Shown: positions 9,109-19,203, counted from the stretch's first letter. The stretch: 46,405 nucleotides of DNA from Gemmobacter sp. (GCA_039808305.1 JBDHSR010000001.1:1-46405), one strand, 5' to 3'. Notes: generated by a model not told the origin, from the letters alone. A program made the numbers and translations.

Positions 9109-9924
9109 ATGTCCGACACCTCGATCCGCGATCCGCAAAGCCGCCGCCTGCGCCTGCTGGGCAGCACGCTGGCCGCATTCGTCTACGCCTTCCTGCTGGT
9201 GCCCATCCTCGTGGTGATCCCGATGGCCTTCGGATCGCCGAACGAGCTGAACTTCCCGCCCTCCAGCTATTCGCTGGATCTGTTCCGGCAGTTCCTGTCC
9301 TCGCCCGCCTGGACCGGGCCGCTGCTGCAAAGCGTCAAGGTGGCCTGCATCTCGACCGTGGTCGTGCTGCTGGTGGGGGTGCCCGCCGCCTATGGCCTCG
9401 CCCGCTTCGCCTTTCCGGGCCGGGCCTTCATCATGGGGTCCATGATGTCGCCGCTGGTGATCCCCTCCATCGTCACCGCGCTCGGCTTCTATCTCTATTT
9501 CTCCTATCTGCGGATCGGCGGCACCACGCTGGCGCTGGTGCTGGGCCATGTGATGCACACGCTGCCCTATGTGCTGGTGATGATCGTGGCCGGGGTGCAG
9601 AAGCTCGACCGCAATCTGGAATTCGGCGCGCAGCTCATGGGGGCCGGGCAGTTCCGCATGTTCCGCACCGTGGTGCTGCCGCAACTGGTGCCCTCGCTGA
9701 TCGGGGCCGCGCTGTTCGCCTTCCTCATCTCCTTCGACGAGGTGGTGATCTCGTGGTTCCTGTCCGGCCCGACCACCGCGACGCTGCCGGTCAAGATGTA
9801 CAGCGCGATCCGCTGGGAGATCTCGCCGGTCATCGCCGCCGTCTCGACCCTGCTCACCGGCATTTCCCTCGTGGTCTGCCTGATCATGGTCGCCTTGAAG
9901 AAAACCACTCCCGCCGCCGGCTGA
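9109..9924 (+). CDS. ABC permease (PotC-like)
   Basis: ATG at 9109 after AGGAG. Motifs LEFGAQLMGA, FLISFDEVV and TLPVKMY. The ORF track start at 8605 is an upstream in-frame artefact. Confidence 0.9.
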   Translation: MSDTSIRDPQSRRLRLLGSTLAAFVYAFLLVPILVVIPMAFGSPNELNFPPSSYSLDLFRQFLSSPAWTGPLLQSVKVACISTVVVLLVGVPAAYGLARFAFPGRAFIMGSMMSPLVIPSIVTALGFYLYFSYLRIGGTTLALVLGHVMHTLPYVLVMIVAGVQKLDRNLEFGAQLMGAGQFRMFRTVVLPQLVPSLIGAALFAFLISFDEVVISWFLSGPTTATLPVKMYSAIRWEISPVIAAVSTLLTGISLVVCLIMVALKKTTPAAG

Positions 9925-9949
9925 GGAAAGACACAGGAAGGTATCCGCC

Positions 9950-11017
9950 ATGACGACCCAAAAATCCGCCGAGACGCTGGAAGAGCTGCGCGCCCGCACC
10001 GCGCTGGCCGGCAAGTTCGCCTGGCTCATGGTCTCGGGCATGACCGCGATGTGCTACCGCGAGAAGGGCGAGGCCACGCTGATCGAGATCTGGCGCCGGC
10101 TGCTGGCCGGAGAGCAGCGCGACCGCTTCCTCGCCGCGCTCGACAAGCTGGAGATCCGCGACAATCCGCCGGCGGTGACCGCGGCCCTCTATCACTATTT
10201 CTCGAATTCCATCGGCGGGCTGAACATGCAGGTGGTGATCGAAAGCCCGCGCAAGGCCTGGATCCGCTACATGGCGCCCTGGGGGTCCTATCCCGGCATC
10301 GCGGCGCTGGCCGTGCCGCCCGCCGTGCGCCGCACGATCCTGTCGACCTGGCACCCGCGCAACGGCGAGCTGCTGGGCTGCCCGCGCCTCGGCTGGGTGG
10401 CGACCAAGTTCGTGGCCGAGGGCCATCCCTATGACGAGGGCTATTTCTACGAATACGACCACGACCTGCGCCCCGAGGAGCGGTTCCGCGTCGAGCATGT
10501 CGAGCGGACGCCCGAATTCGACCCCGAGGCGGCGCCGAAGCTGAACCCGGACACCTGGCCCGAGGCGCGGATCCTGAAGGGCGGCTACAACTACGGCGTG
10601 GATTATGTCCGCCATGTCGTCGCGATCCTTTACGAGCTGCTGGGGGTGAACGGCGCGACCGACGTGATCCGCGCCGCGATGCGGCTGCTGGCCGCGCAGT
10701 TCACGCAGGATCTGGCCAGGACCACCGGCGAGACGGGCACGGACGCGATCGGCGTCCTGCGGATGTTCGCGGCGCTCTTCGCCGCCTTCCGCAACGAGGT
10801 CTCGGTCGAGGGCGATGCAGGAAGGGCGGTGCTGCGGCTCAAGGGCTTCACCCCCTTCACCGATGAGGCCGCGCCGGAGCTGCGCGCCGCCGTCCACGAG
10901 TTCTTCGCCATGGCGGTGCGCCAGCAGAACGGCCATCTGCGGCTGGAGCGCGCGCCGCTCGGCGCCGCCGGCGAAGAGGTCTGGACGCTGACCGATGCGG
11001 GGGAATGGCTGTGGTAA
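9950..11017 (+). CDS. Hypothetical protein (355 aa), no family confidently recognised
   Basis: Good RBS, protein-like composition, and a stop that overlaps the next start. Motif-like segments YHYFSN.IGG, WHPRNG and EGHPYDEGYFYE. Confidence 0.85.
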   Translation: MTTQKSAETLEELRARTALAGKFAWLMVSGMTAMCYREKGEATLIEIWRRLLAGEQRDRFLAALDKLEIRDNPPAVTAALYHYFSNSIGGLNMQVVIESPRKAWIRYMAPWGSYPGIAALAVPPAVRRTILSTWHPRNGELLGCPRLGWVATKFVAEGHPYDEGYFYEYDHDLRPEERFRVEHVERTPEFDPEAAPKLNPDTWPEARILKGGYNYGVDYVRHVVAILYELLGVNGATDVIRAAMRLLAAQFTQDLARTTGETGTDAIGVLRMFAALFAAFRNEVSVEGDAGRAVLRLKGFTPFTDEAAPELRAAVHEFFAMAVRQQNGHLRLERAPLGAAGEEVWTLTDAGEWLW

Positions 11018-12642
11018 AGCTGGCGCGCGCCGGCGGCGCCCCCTTCTTCCGCGACGACGAGACGGTGCCGGGCCTGCTGGCCCGCGCCGCCGCCGAGCGG
11101 CCCGACCACGTCTATCTGCGCCATGACGGGCAGGATCTGACCTGCGCCGCGCTGGCCGCGGCGGTGGAACGCGCCGCCGCCGGGCTGGCCGCGCGGGGCG
11201 TGGGGCGGGGCGACCGGGTGGCGGTGATGCTGGGCCATCACCTCGATCATGTGCTGGTCTTCTTCGCCGTGCAGCGGATCGGCGCCGTTCTGGTGCCGGT
11301 CAACGTGGCGTTGAAGGGGCCGTCGCTGGAATACCAGATCGGCCATTCCGCGCCGGCCATGGTCATCGCCGATGCCGAATTCGCCGAAACGCTCGCCCAG
11401 CCCATCCGCGCCGCCCGCGACGCGGGGGCGAAGGCGGCGGCGGTCTGGCGCGCTTCCCCGGGCGACCGGCTCCCCGCCGGGGGCATCGCGCTGGCCGATC
11501 TGCTGGCGGGGGCGCCCGTCCCGGCGCCGGCGGTGGCGCATGACTGGCGCGACCTGCGGATCATCCTCTACACCTCCGGCACGACCGGCGCGCCCAAGGG
11601 CGTCCAGATGTCCGACCGCATGGTGCAGGCCACGGCGCTCGGCTCGATCTGGCTGTCCGACATGCGGCCCGGCTCGGTCCTGCATTTCTGGGATCCGATC
11701 TATCACGTCTTCGGGGCCGAGGTGCTGGTGCTGGCGCTGATGGTGCCGGTCACGCTGCACATGGTGCCGCGCTTCTCGGCCACCAGGTTCTGGACCGAGG
11801 TGAAGGAGGCCGGGGCGAGCCATATCCATTTCGTCGGCGGCGTGCTGCAACTGCTGCTGAAGCAGTCGCCCTCCGATCTGGACCGCGGCCATGGTGCGCG
11901 CGTCGCCTGGGGCGGCGGCTGCCCGCGCGATGTCTGGGCCGCCTTCGAGGACCGGTTCGGCGTCGAGATCCGCGAGGGCTACGGCATGACCGAGACCTCC
12001 AGCTTCTCGACCATCAATCCGGGCGGGCGCGGGGCGGGCAAGCTCGGCTCCATCGGTAATGCGGTGGATTACTTCCGCATCGAGGTGGTGGACGACCATG
12101 GCGCGCCCTGCGCCCCCGGCCAGCCCGGCGAGATCCGCGTGGCCGAGGCGGAGCCCGGCGTGCTGACGACCGGCTATTACGCCAATCCCGAGGCGACCGC
12201 CGGCGCGCTGCGCGACGGCTGGCTTTACACCGGCGACATCGCCCATATGGATGCGGACGGTTTCCTGACCTATCACGGCCGCAAGAAGGACAGCCTGCGC
12301 CGCCGGGGCGAGAACATCTCCGCCTGGGAGGTGGAGCGGGTGGTGAACGATCACCCGGAGGTCGCCGAATGCGCCCTGATCGGCGTGAAGAACGAGATGG
12401 GCGACGAGGATCTGAAGCTTTTCGTCCGCCGCGTCGAGGGCAGCGCGCTGGAGGGCGCGGCGCTGCTGGCATGGTGCGCCGAGCGGATGGCGCGGTTCCA
12501 GGTGCCGCGCCTCGTCCGCTTCGTCGAGGAGTTCCGCAAGACCCCGACCCAGCGCATCCAGAAACAGTTCCTGTCGCCGGCCATGGACGATTTCGACCAT
12601 GACGCCGAGGCGGGCCGCGCCACCACCAGCCAGAGGGGATAA
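11005..12642 (+). CDS. Acyl-CoA synthetase / AMP-binding enzyme (CaiC-like)
   Basis: Motifs YTSGTTGAPKG, YGMTE, TGD, GRKKDSLRRRGENIS and KTPTQRIQK. Confidence 0.92.
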   Translation: MAVVKLARAGGAPFFRDDETVPGLLARAAAERPDHVYLRHDGQDLTCAALAAAVERAAAGLAARGVGRGDRVAVMLGHHLDHVLVFFAVQRIGAVLVPVNVALKGPSLEYQIGHSAPAMVIADAEFAETLAQPIRAARDAGAKAAAVWRASPGDRLPAGGIALADLLAGAPVPAPAVAHDWRDLRIILYTSGTTGAPKGVQMSDRMVQATALGSIWLSDMRPGSVLHFWDPIYHVFGAEVLVLALMVPVTLHMVPRFSATRFWTEVKEAGASHIHFVGGVLQLLLKQSPSDLDRGHGARVAWGGGCPRDVWAAFEDRFGVEIREGYGMTETSSFSTINPGGRGAGKLGSIGNAVDYFRIEVVDDHGAPCAPGQPGEIRVAEAEPGVLTTGYYANPEATAGALRDGWLYTGDIAHMDADGFLTYHGRKKDSLRRRGENISAWEVERVVNDHPEVAECALIGVKNEMGDEDLKLFVRRVEGSALEGAALLAWCAERMARFQVPRLVRFVEEFRKTPTQRIQKQFLSPAMDDFDHDAEAGRATTSQRG

Positions 12643-12645
12643 TCC

Positions 12646-13419
12646 ATGCAGCTCAAGGACAAGGTTGCCATCGTCACCGGCGCGGCGCAGGGGATCGGCG
12701 AGGGCATCGCCCGCGAATATGTCGCCGAGGGCGCGAAGGTCGTCATCGCCGACATCCAGGACGACCGGGGCCGGGCGCTCGCCGCCGAACTGGGCGAGGC
12801 GCGCTGCCGCTATGTGCATTGCGACGTGTCCAGCGCCGCCGACGCGCAGGCGGTGGTGGAGGCCGCCGTGGCGGCCTTCGGGCGGCTCGACATCGTGGTC
12901 TGCAACAGCGGCATCAACCTGACCGGCACCATCCTCGATCTGTCCGAGGCGGATTTCGACAGGGTGCTCGCGGTGAACCTGAAGGGCTGCTTCCTCGTGG
13001 GCCAGGCCGGCGCGCGCTGGATGGTGGCAAACGGCGTGCAGGGCTCCATCGTCAACATGAGCTCGATCAACGCCATCGTGGCGAGCCCGCATATCCTCGC
13101 CTATGCCGTCTCGAAGGGCGGCATCAACCAGCTCACCTCGGCCATGGCGCTGGGCCTCGCGCCGCATGGCATCCGCGTCAACGGCGTCGGCCCCGGCTCC
13201 ATCGAGACGGAGCTGCTGGCGAAGATCTTCGAGAACGACCCGGCGGTGCAGAAGGGGATGCTGGCGCGCACGCCGATGGGCCGCCTCGGCACCGCGCGCG
13301 AGATCGGCCGGATCTGCGTCTTCCTCGGCTCGGAGGATTCCTCCTACATGACCGGCGAGACGGTCTATGCCGATGGCGGCCGGCTGCGGCTGGCCTATAC
13401 CGTTCCCGTGAAGGAGTGA
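12646..13419 (+). CDS. Classical short-chain dehydrogenase/reductase
   Basis: TGAAQGIG, NMSS and catalytic YAVSK. The Asp in IADI suggests NAD preference. Confidence 0.93.
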   Translation: MQLKDKVAIVTGAAQGIGEGIAREYVAEGAKVVIADIQDDRGRALAAELGEARCRYVHCDVSSAADAQAVVEAAVAAFGRLDIVVCNSGINLTGTILDLSEADFDRVLAVNLKGCFLVGQAGARWMVANGVQGSIVNMSSINAIVASPHILAYAVSKGGINQLTSAMALGLAPHGIRVNGVGPGSIETELLAKIFENDPAVQKGMLARTPMGRLGTAREIGRICVFLGSEDSSYMTGETVYADGGRLRLAYTVPVKE

Positions 13420-13424
13420 CCGCG

Positions 13425-14525
13425 ATGACCCCTGCGCCCGCCCGCGACCCGGACAGCCGGCACGCCATCACGCTCAAGGGCGTGTCGATGACCTTCGGCT
13501 CCGCCCTCGCCTTGCGCCCGACCGACCTCGCCGTGCGCCGGGGCGAGTTCCTGACGCTGCTCGGCCCGTCCGGCTCGGGGAAAAGCACGCTGCTGAACCT
13601 GATCGCCGGGGCCATCGCCCCCACCACCGGGCGGATCCTGCTCGACGACCGCGACATCACCTTCATGCCGCCGCGCGACCGGGGCATCGGCATGGTGTTC
13701 CAGAACTACGCGCTGATGCCGCATATGACGGTGTTCGAGAATGTGGCCTATCCGCTGCGGGTGCGCGGCGAAGGCGCCGACGCCATCCGCCGCAAGGTGC
13801 ACGAGGCGCTGGAGCGTGTCGGCCTGAAGGGCTTCGAGGACCGCAAGCCGCGCCAGATGTCGGGCGGCCAGCAGCAGCGCGTCGGCATCGCCCGCTGCAT
13901 CGTCTATTCGCCCGCCATCATCATGATGGACGAGCCGCTCGGCGCGCTCGACAAGAACCTGCGCGAGCAGATGCAGGACGAGATCAAGCGGCTGCATACC
14001 GATCTGGGCACCACCTTCATCTACGTGACCCACGATCAGGAAGAGGCGCTGAACATGTCCGACCGGATCTGCCTGATGAGCGTGGGCGAGATCGCCCAGC
14101 TCGGCACGCCGGACGAGCTCTATTTCGCGCCGCAAAGCCGTTTCGTGGCCGAGTTCATCGGGGAATCGAACCTGATCGAGGGGCGGATCGCCGGCGCCGG
14201 CCGCATGGCGGCCGCGGCGGGCGGCGACTTCGCGGTGGAGGATCGCGGCCTTGCCGCCGGCGCCGAGGTGACGCTGATGATCCGGCCGGAGCGGCTGCGG
14301 CTGCTCGGGCCCGACGAGGCGATGCCGGCGGGCGCCAATCCGATCGAGGGCGTGGTGTCCGGCACCTCCTTCATCGGCGGCATGACCCGGATCCAGATCG
14401 CGGCGGCGAACGGGCTGTCGCTCACCGCCAAGGCGATTTCCGAACATGTCAGCCGCCGCGCGCAGCCCGGCACGCCGGTGCGGCTGGCCTGGGCGCCGCA
14501 GGACGGCGTGCTTCTGACCCGCTGA
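13425..14525 (+). CDS. ABC transporter ATPase (PotA-like) with C-terminal TOBE-like region
   Basis: Walker [22 protein letters not shown] and [15 protein letters not shown] lies 8 nt before ATG 13425. Confidence 0.93.
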   Translation: MTPAPARDPDSRHAITLKGVSMTFGSALALRPTDLAVRRGEFLTLLGPSGSGKSTLLNLIAGAIAPTTGRILLDDRDITFMPPRDRGIGMVFQNYALMPHMTVFENVAYPLRVRGEGADAIRRKVHEALERVGLKGFEDRKPRQMSGGQQQRVGIARCIVYSPAIIMMDEPLGALDKNLREQMQDEIKRLHTDLGTTFIYVTHDQEEALNMSDRICLMSVGEIAQLGTPDELYFAPQSRFVAEFIGESNLIEGRIAGAGRMAAAAGGDFAVEDRGLAAGAEVTLMIRPERLRLLGPDEAMPAGANPIEGVVSGTSFIGGMTRIQIAAANGLSLTAKAISEHVSRRAQPGTPVRLAWAPQDGVLLTR

Positions 14526-14542
14526 GCCCGGAGGTTCCCGCC

Positions 14543-15955
14543 TTGTCCGACATCCTGACCCGCCTGCGCGCCATCCCCGACCTGACGCTCGCCACCGAAC
14601 CCGCCGATCTCGCGCCGCATCTGGTGGACTGGCGGCGGCGCCATCACGGCCACGCCCTCGCCGTGGCCTTCCCGGCGACCACCGCCGCCGTCGCCGCCAC
14701 CCTGCGCGCCTGTTCCGAAACCGGCACCCGCGTCTTTCCGCAGGGCGGCAACACCAGCGTCTGCGGCGGATCGGTGCCCGACGGGGCGGGCGGGGCCATC
14801 ATCGTCAATCTCGGCCGGATGAACCGCATCCGCGCGCTCGACGCCGACGATGACAGCATCGTCGTCGAGGCCGGCTGCATCCTGCAAACCGTGCAGGAGG
14901 CGGCGGCCGGGGTGGACCGGCTGTTTCCCATGAGCCTCGGCGCCGAGGGGTCGTGCCAGATCGGCGGCAATATCGCCACCAATGCCGGCGGCACCGGCGT
15001 CCTGCGCTACGGCAACATGCGCGACCTCGTGCTGGGGCTGGAGGTGGTGCTGGCCGACGGCACGGTCTGGGACGGGCTGCGCACGCTGCGCAAGAACAAT
15101 TCCGGCTACGACCTGAAGAACCTGTTCATCGGCGCCGAGGGGACGCTGGGCATCGTCACCGCCGCCGCGCTGCGGCTCTTCCCGCGTCCGCCGCACGGGC
15201 TGACCGCCATGCTGGCGCTGTCGGGCACCGAGGCGGCGCTGGCGCTGGCCCGCCATCTGCGCGCCGCCTTCCCCGGCGAGGTCTCGGCGCTGGAGATCAT
15301 GTCGCACAGCCAGATGTCCATCGTGCTGCGCCATATCCCCGGCGCGAAACTGGCGCTGCCGGGCGACGCCGCCTGGTATCTGCTGGTCGAACTCGCCGGC
15401 TCCACCCCGCCCGAGGCGTTGGAGGAGCGGCTGGGCGCCGCGCTGTCCCCGGCGCTGGAGCGGGGCGAGATCCTCGACGCGGTGCTGGCCGGCAACGAAC
15501 GCCAGCGCGCCGCGCTCTGGGGCCTGCGCCACCATGTCACCGAGGGCAATGTGAAGGAGGGCATGGGCCTGACCCATGACATCGCGGTGCCGCTGGCGCG
15601 GATCGGCGCCTTCATCGCCGGGGCCGAGGCCTGGCTCGCGCGCGAGCTGCCGCAGGCCCGGCCGGTGGTGGTCGGCCATCTGGGCGACGGCAACCTGCAT
15701 TACATCGCGATGATCGGCCACGAGGACTGGGCGGCGGTGGCCGACAAGCCGGCGCTGGTCTCCCGCGTCGGCCATGCGCTTTACGACATCGCCGCCGGCC
15801 TCGGCGGCACGTTCAGCGCGGAGCATGGCATCGGCTCGATCCATACCGGCGACATGGCGCGCTACAAGCCGCCGGTCGAGCTGGACCTGATGCGGCGCGT
15901 CAAGGCGCTGCTCGATCCGCAGGGGCTGATGAATCCGGGCCGTGTCCTGCCCTGA
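14543..15955 (+). CDS. FAD-linked oxidoreductase (D-2-hydroxyacid dehydrogenase / GlcD-like, VAO fold)
   Basis: Motifs PQGGNT, GGNIATNAGG, GAEGTLG, GHLGDGNLH, SAEHGIG and DPQGLMNPG. TTG start after GGAGG. Confidence 0.92.
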   Translation: MSDILTRLRAIPDLTLATEPADLAPHLVDWRRRHHGHALAVAFPATTAAVAATLRACSETGTRVFPQGGNTSVCGGSVPDGAGGAIIVNLGRMNRIRALDADDDSIVVEAGCILQTVQEAAAGVDRLFPMSLGAEGSCQIGGNIATNAGGTGVLRYGNMRDLVLGLEVVLADGTVWDGLRTLRKNNSGYDLKNLFIGAEGTLGIVTAAALRLFPRPPHGLTAMLALSGTEAALALARHLRAAFPGEVSALEIMSHSQMSIVLRHIPGAKLALPGDAAWYLLVELAGSTPPEALEERLGAALSPALERGEILDAVLAGNERQRAALWGLRHHVTEGNVKEGMGLTHDIAVPLARIGAFIAGAEAWLARELPQARPVVVGHLGDGNLHYIAMIGHEDWAAVADKPALVSRVGHALYDIAAGLGGTFSAEHGIGSIHTGDMARYKPPVELDLMRRVKALLDPQGLMNPGRVLP

Positions 15956-16046
15956 TCCTTCCGCCCGATCCGCCGCGCGCGCTCCCTTGCCAGAGAGGCA
16001 TGACACGATAAGTATGACGGCGAGGGCATTCCACAAGGGGATCACG

Positions 16047-16805
16047 ATGACCGAGCAGGCTTCGGGCCGCGATGGCGACAAGGTGCTGAAAGTCCTGCGC
16101 GACAGCATCCTGCGGCTGGAGCTGCGGCCGGGCGTGGTGATCGACGAGGCGGGGCTGGCGGCGCAGCTGTCGGTCTCGCGCACCCCGATCCGCGAGGCGA
16201 TCATCCAGCTGATCGCCGACGGTCTGGTGATCCGCGACGGCCGCAGCGCCCGGGTGGCGCCGCTCGATTTCGACGAGGTGCCGAAGCTTTACGAGGCGCT
16301 GCTGATCTCCAGCCGGATGATCCACCGCCTCGCCGCCGAGAACCGGACCGAGGCCGACCTGGCCGCCATCCGCGCCGCGATGCGGGATTTCGAGGATCTC
16401 ACCCATCGCGGCGACGGGCTGGAGCGGCAGGACGCCAATGTGCGCTTCCACATGCGGATCGCGGTGGCGGCGCGGAACCGCTATTTCCTCGAATTCTACG
16501 AACGCACGCTGATCGCCGCCAGCCGCCTGGCGCGCGCCTGCTTCTCGAACACCGACCGGACCAGCATCTCGGCGGCGCAGCCCGACGACGAACTGGTCTC
16601 GCATGTGCGCGAGACCGCGCGGCAGCACCGGCTGATGGTCGAGGCCATCGCCGACCGCGACATCGAGGCGTCGGACCGGCTGGCGATCGAGCACCAGAGC
16701 CTGTCCTTCAACCGCCTGAAACGCGCGATCTTCACCGGCGCCGTGGCGATCAGCTCCAGCCCCGATCTGGCCCTGCCGAGGGGGCAGTTCGCGTTCGGCC
16801 CCTAG
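16047..16805 (+). CDS. GntR-family regulator with FCD domain
   Basis: Winged HTH LSVSRTPIREA and FCD histidines (NVRFH, RQH, EH). ATG 16047 follows AAGGGG. Confidence 0.9.
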   Translation: MTEQASGRDGDKVLKVLRDSILRLELRPGVVIDEAGLAAQLSVSRTPIREAIIQLIADGLVIRDGRSARVAPLDFDEVPKLYEALLISSRMIHRLAAENRTEADLAAIRAAMRDFEDLTHRGDGLERQDANVRFHMRIAVAARNRYFLEFYERTLIAASRLARACFSNTDRTSISAAQPDDELVSHVRETARQHRLMVEAIADRDIEASDRLAIEHQSLSFNRLKRAIFTGAVAISSSPDLALPRGQFAFGP

Positions 16806-16927
16806 GACGGATCGCCTGCCCGGTGGATGGGGGCGCCGCCCGTTCGGTTCGCCGTCCGATCCGGTGTCGGTCGGATAAGGACCGCCTGTGCCGCAGCCCC
16901 GCCCGGAACAAGGCGCGCAGCGCCGCC

Positions 16928-17059
16928 GGGCAGCGCCCGACCGCCCCCTCGGGCGGGCGCTTCGGCGACGTTTGCGCGGGGATTGGAGTTAGGCGGTGCT
17001 TCACCATAAAGCGGCGACCACAATCGTGGTTGCGCCCACCCGGCGGTCGGGCGCTGCCC
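16928..17059. repeat. REPIN/MITE-like element with 18-bp perfect inverted repeats, each arm part of its own hairpin
   Basis: GGGCAGCGCCCGACCGCC (16928-16945) and its reverse complement (17042-17059), separated by 96 nt. Confidence 0.65.
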
Positions 17060-17372
17060 TCCGTTGCGTGGGGAGGTGGCGGTTTTAGGCGATGGCTCCA
17101 TCCCAAGGGGCTGCCCGGGTTTGGGGTGAATGCCGATTGGTCCAATCTTCGGCAGGCGAAGGGCCGGGATCGGCCGTCGCCAGCCCCGGCTGCGGTGCTG
17201 TGGCGGCGTTCCAGCTCTATGCGTTCCGATCCCGTGAACTGTCGCCCGCCCCCGGCTGCTGCGCGGTGGCGGCCCGCCACCGGCCGCCTGGTCTCGGCCA
17301 TCGCGCGGGCGGCGTCGTGGACCCTCAGCCCTGCCGCACCGGGGCCGGCCATCGCCCGCCCACGCGACCCGG

Positions 17373-17412
17373 CCGTCATGCAAGTTTCACCCCGGTGCAA
17401 GGCCGCCGTCAC
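17373..17412 (+). promoter_or_regulatory. Pho-box-like tandem upstream of phnC
   Basis: Heptamers at an 11-bp period resembling CTGTCAT: CCGTCAT (17373), GTTTCAC (17384), GTGCAAG (17395) and CCGTCAC (17406). Confidence 0.65.
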
Positions 17413-17462
17413 ATCCCGCCGCTAGGACCATGGCCAGCAACCGACCCGGAGGGATCCCGCCG

Positions 17463-18281
17463 ATGCTGGAAGTCAAGGCCGTGACGCGGATGTTCGGCGA
17501 GAAGGCCGCCGTCGACCGTATCAGCTTCACCGTCGACCGCCCGGCCTTCGTCGGCATCATCGGCCGTTCCGGCGCCGGCAAGTCCACCTTCCTGCGCATG
17601 ATGAACCGGCTGACCGAGGCGAGCGGCGGCGAGATCCGGGTGGAGGGGCGCGACATCCTCGCGCTGCGCGGCGCCGCCCGCCGCGACTGGCAAAGCCGCT
17701 GCGCGATGATCTTCCAGCAGTTCAACCTGGTGCCGCGGCTCGACGTGGCCTCCAACGTGCTGCACGGGCTGCTGAACCGCCGCTCCACCCTCGCCACGCT
17801 GTTCAACCTCTGGCCGCGCGCCGACATCCTGCGCGCGCTGGAGATCCTCGACCGGCTCGGCATCGCCGAACAGGCGCCGAAACGGGCCGAGGCGCTGTCG
17901 GGCGGCCAGCAGCAGCGCGTCGCCATCGCCCGCGCCCTGATGCAGGATCCGCGGATCATCCTCGCCGACGAGCCGATCGCCAGCCTCGACCCGATGAACG
18001 CGCAGGTGGTGATGGACACGCTGAAGCGGATCAATGTCGAGGACGGGCGCATGGTGATCGCCAATCTCCACACGCTCGACACCGCGCGGCGCTATTGCGA
18101 CCGGGTGATCGGGATGCGCGACGGGCGCATCGTGTTCGACGGCACGCCCGACCAGCTTTCCGCCGGCGCCGCGCGCGACATCTACGGCGCCGATGCCGGC
18201 TTCAACGAGGCCGCGACCTCGACCGCCCTTCCCGCCGACACCACGGCCGACCGCGCCTGGGCCGACCGGCTGCTCGCCTGA
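17463..18281 (+). CDS. phnC: Phosphonate ABC transporter ATPase
   Basis: Motifs [41 protein letters not shown] and NLH. ATG 17463 follows GGAGGG. Confidence 0.95.
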   Translation: MLEVKAVTRMFGEKAAVDRISFTVDRPAFVGIIGRSGAGKSTFLRMMNRLTEASGGEIRVEGRDILALRGAARRDWQSRCAMIFQQFNLVPRLDVASNVLHGLLNRRSTLATLFNLWPRADILRALEILDRLGIAEQAPKRAEALSGGQQQRVAIARALMQDPRIILADEPIASLDPMNAQVVMDTLKRINVEDGRMVIANLHTLDTARRYCDRVIGMRDGRIVFDGTPDQLSAGAARDIYGADAGFNEAATSTALPADTTADRAWADRLLA

Positions 18282-18303
18282 CCCCGAACCGATGGAGACG
18301 ACC

Positions 18304-19203
18304 ATGAAGACGCTCACCCTGGCCCTCGCGGCCTCCACCCTGCTGACCGGCGCCGCGATGGCGGAGGACATCGCCCGCTTCAACATCGGCATCCTCGGCG
18401 GCGAGAACGCGCAGGACCGGATGACGGCCAACGAATGCTACCGCGCCGCCATCGAGAAGGAGCTCGGCGTGCCGGTGAAGGTGTTCACCCCGGCCGATTA
18501 CGACGGCGTGATCCAGGGCCTGCTGGGCGGCACGCTGGACATGGCCTGGCTCGGCGCCTCGGGCTATGCCAAGATCCACCTCACCGACCCGGAAGCGGTG
18601 GAGGTGGCGCTGACCAAGCAGAACATGGACGGCTCGACCGGCTATTACGCCATCGGCTTCGCCCGCGCCGACAGCGGCATCCGGTCGATGGAGGATGCCA
18701 AGGGCAAATCCTTCGCCTTCGCCGATCCGAACTCGACCTCGGGCTATCTGGTGCCGGGGGCGGAGCTGTCCGGGAAATACGGCGACCTGAAGCAGTATTT
18801 CAGCGAGGTGAAATTCTCCGGCGGCCATGAGCAGAGCCTCGTCGGTGTGGCGAATGGCGATTTCGATGCGGGCGTGGCCTGGGCCGACGGTCTGGGCGAC
18901 TGGGAGGACGGCTACAATTCCGGCGCCATCCGCAAGGCCGCCGATGCCGGGCTGATCGACATGAACGACCTGGTGGAGATCTGGAAGTCGAAGCTGATCC
19001 CCGAAGGCCCGATGGTGCTGCGCAAGGTGCTGCCGCAGGAGGCGAAGGACAAGGTGATCCGGCTCACCGCCGACCTGCACGAGACCGACAGGGCCTGCGC
19101 CTATGGCGTGGCGGCGGGCGAGGCGAAGGATTTCGTTCCCGTCGGCCACGACGCCTATCTGGGCGTGATCGCCGCGCGCCGGCTTCAGGACGCCAGCAAC
19201 TGA
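18304..19203 (+). CDS. phnD: Phosphonate ABC transporter periplasmic binding protein
   Basis: Signal peptide MKTLTLALAA..., DPNSTSGYLVP and FSGGHE. Lies between phnC and phnE. Confidence 0.95.
   Translation: MKTLTLALAASTLLTGAAMAEDIARFNIGILGGENAQDRMTANECYRAAIEKELGVPVKVFTPADYDGVIQGLLGGTLDMAWLGASGYAKIHLTDPEAVEVALTKQNMDGSTGYYAIGFARADSGIRSMEDAKGKSFAFADPNSTSGYLVPGAELSGKYGDLKQYFSEVKFSGGHEQSLVGVANGDFDAGVAWADGLGDWEDGYNSGAIRKAADAGLIDMNDLVEIWKSKLIPEGPMVLRKVLPQEAKDKVIRLTADLHETDRACAYGVAAGEAKDFVPVGHDAYLGVIAARRLQDASN

Noticed and set aside
16750-17484. Several 130-220-aa ORFs in the GntR-phnC spacer
   Set aside because: No recognisable motifs, they overlap one another on both strands, and they cross a repeat element.
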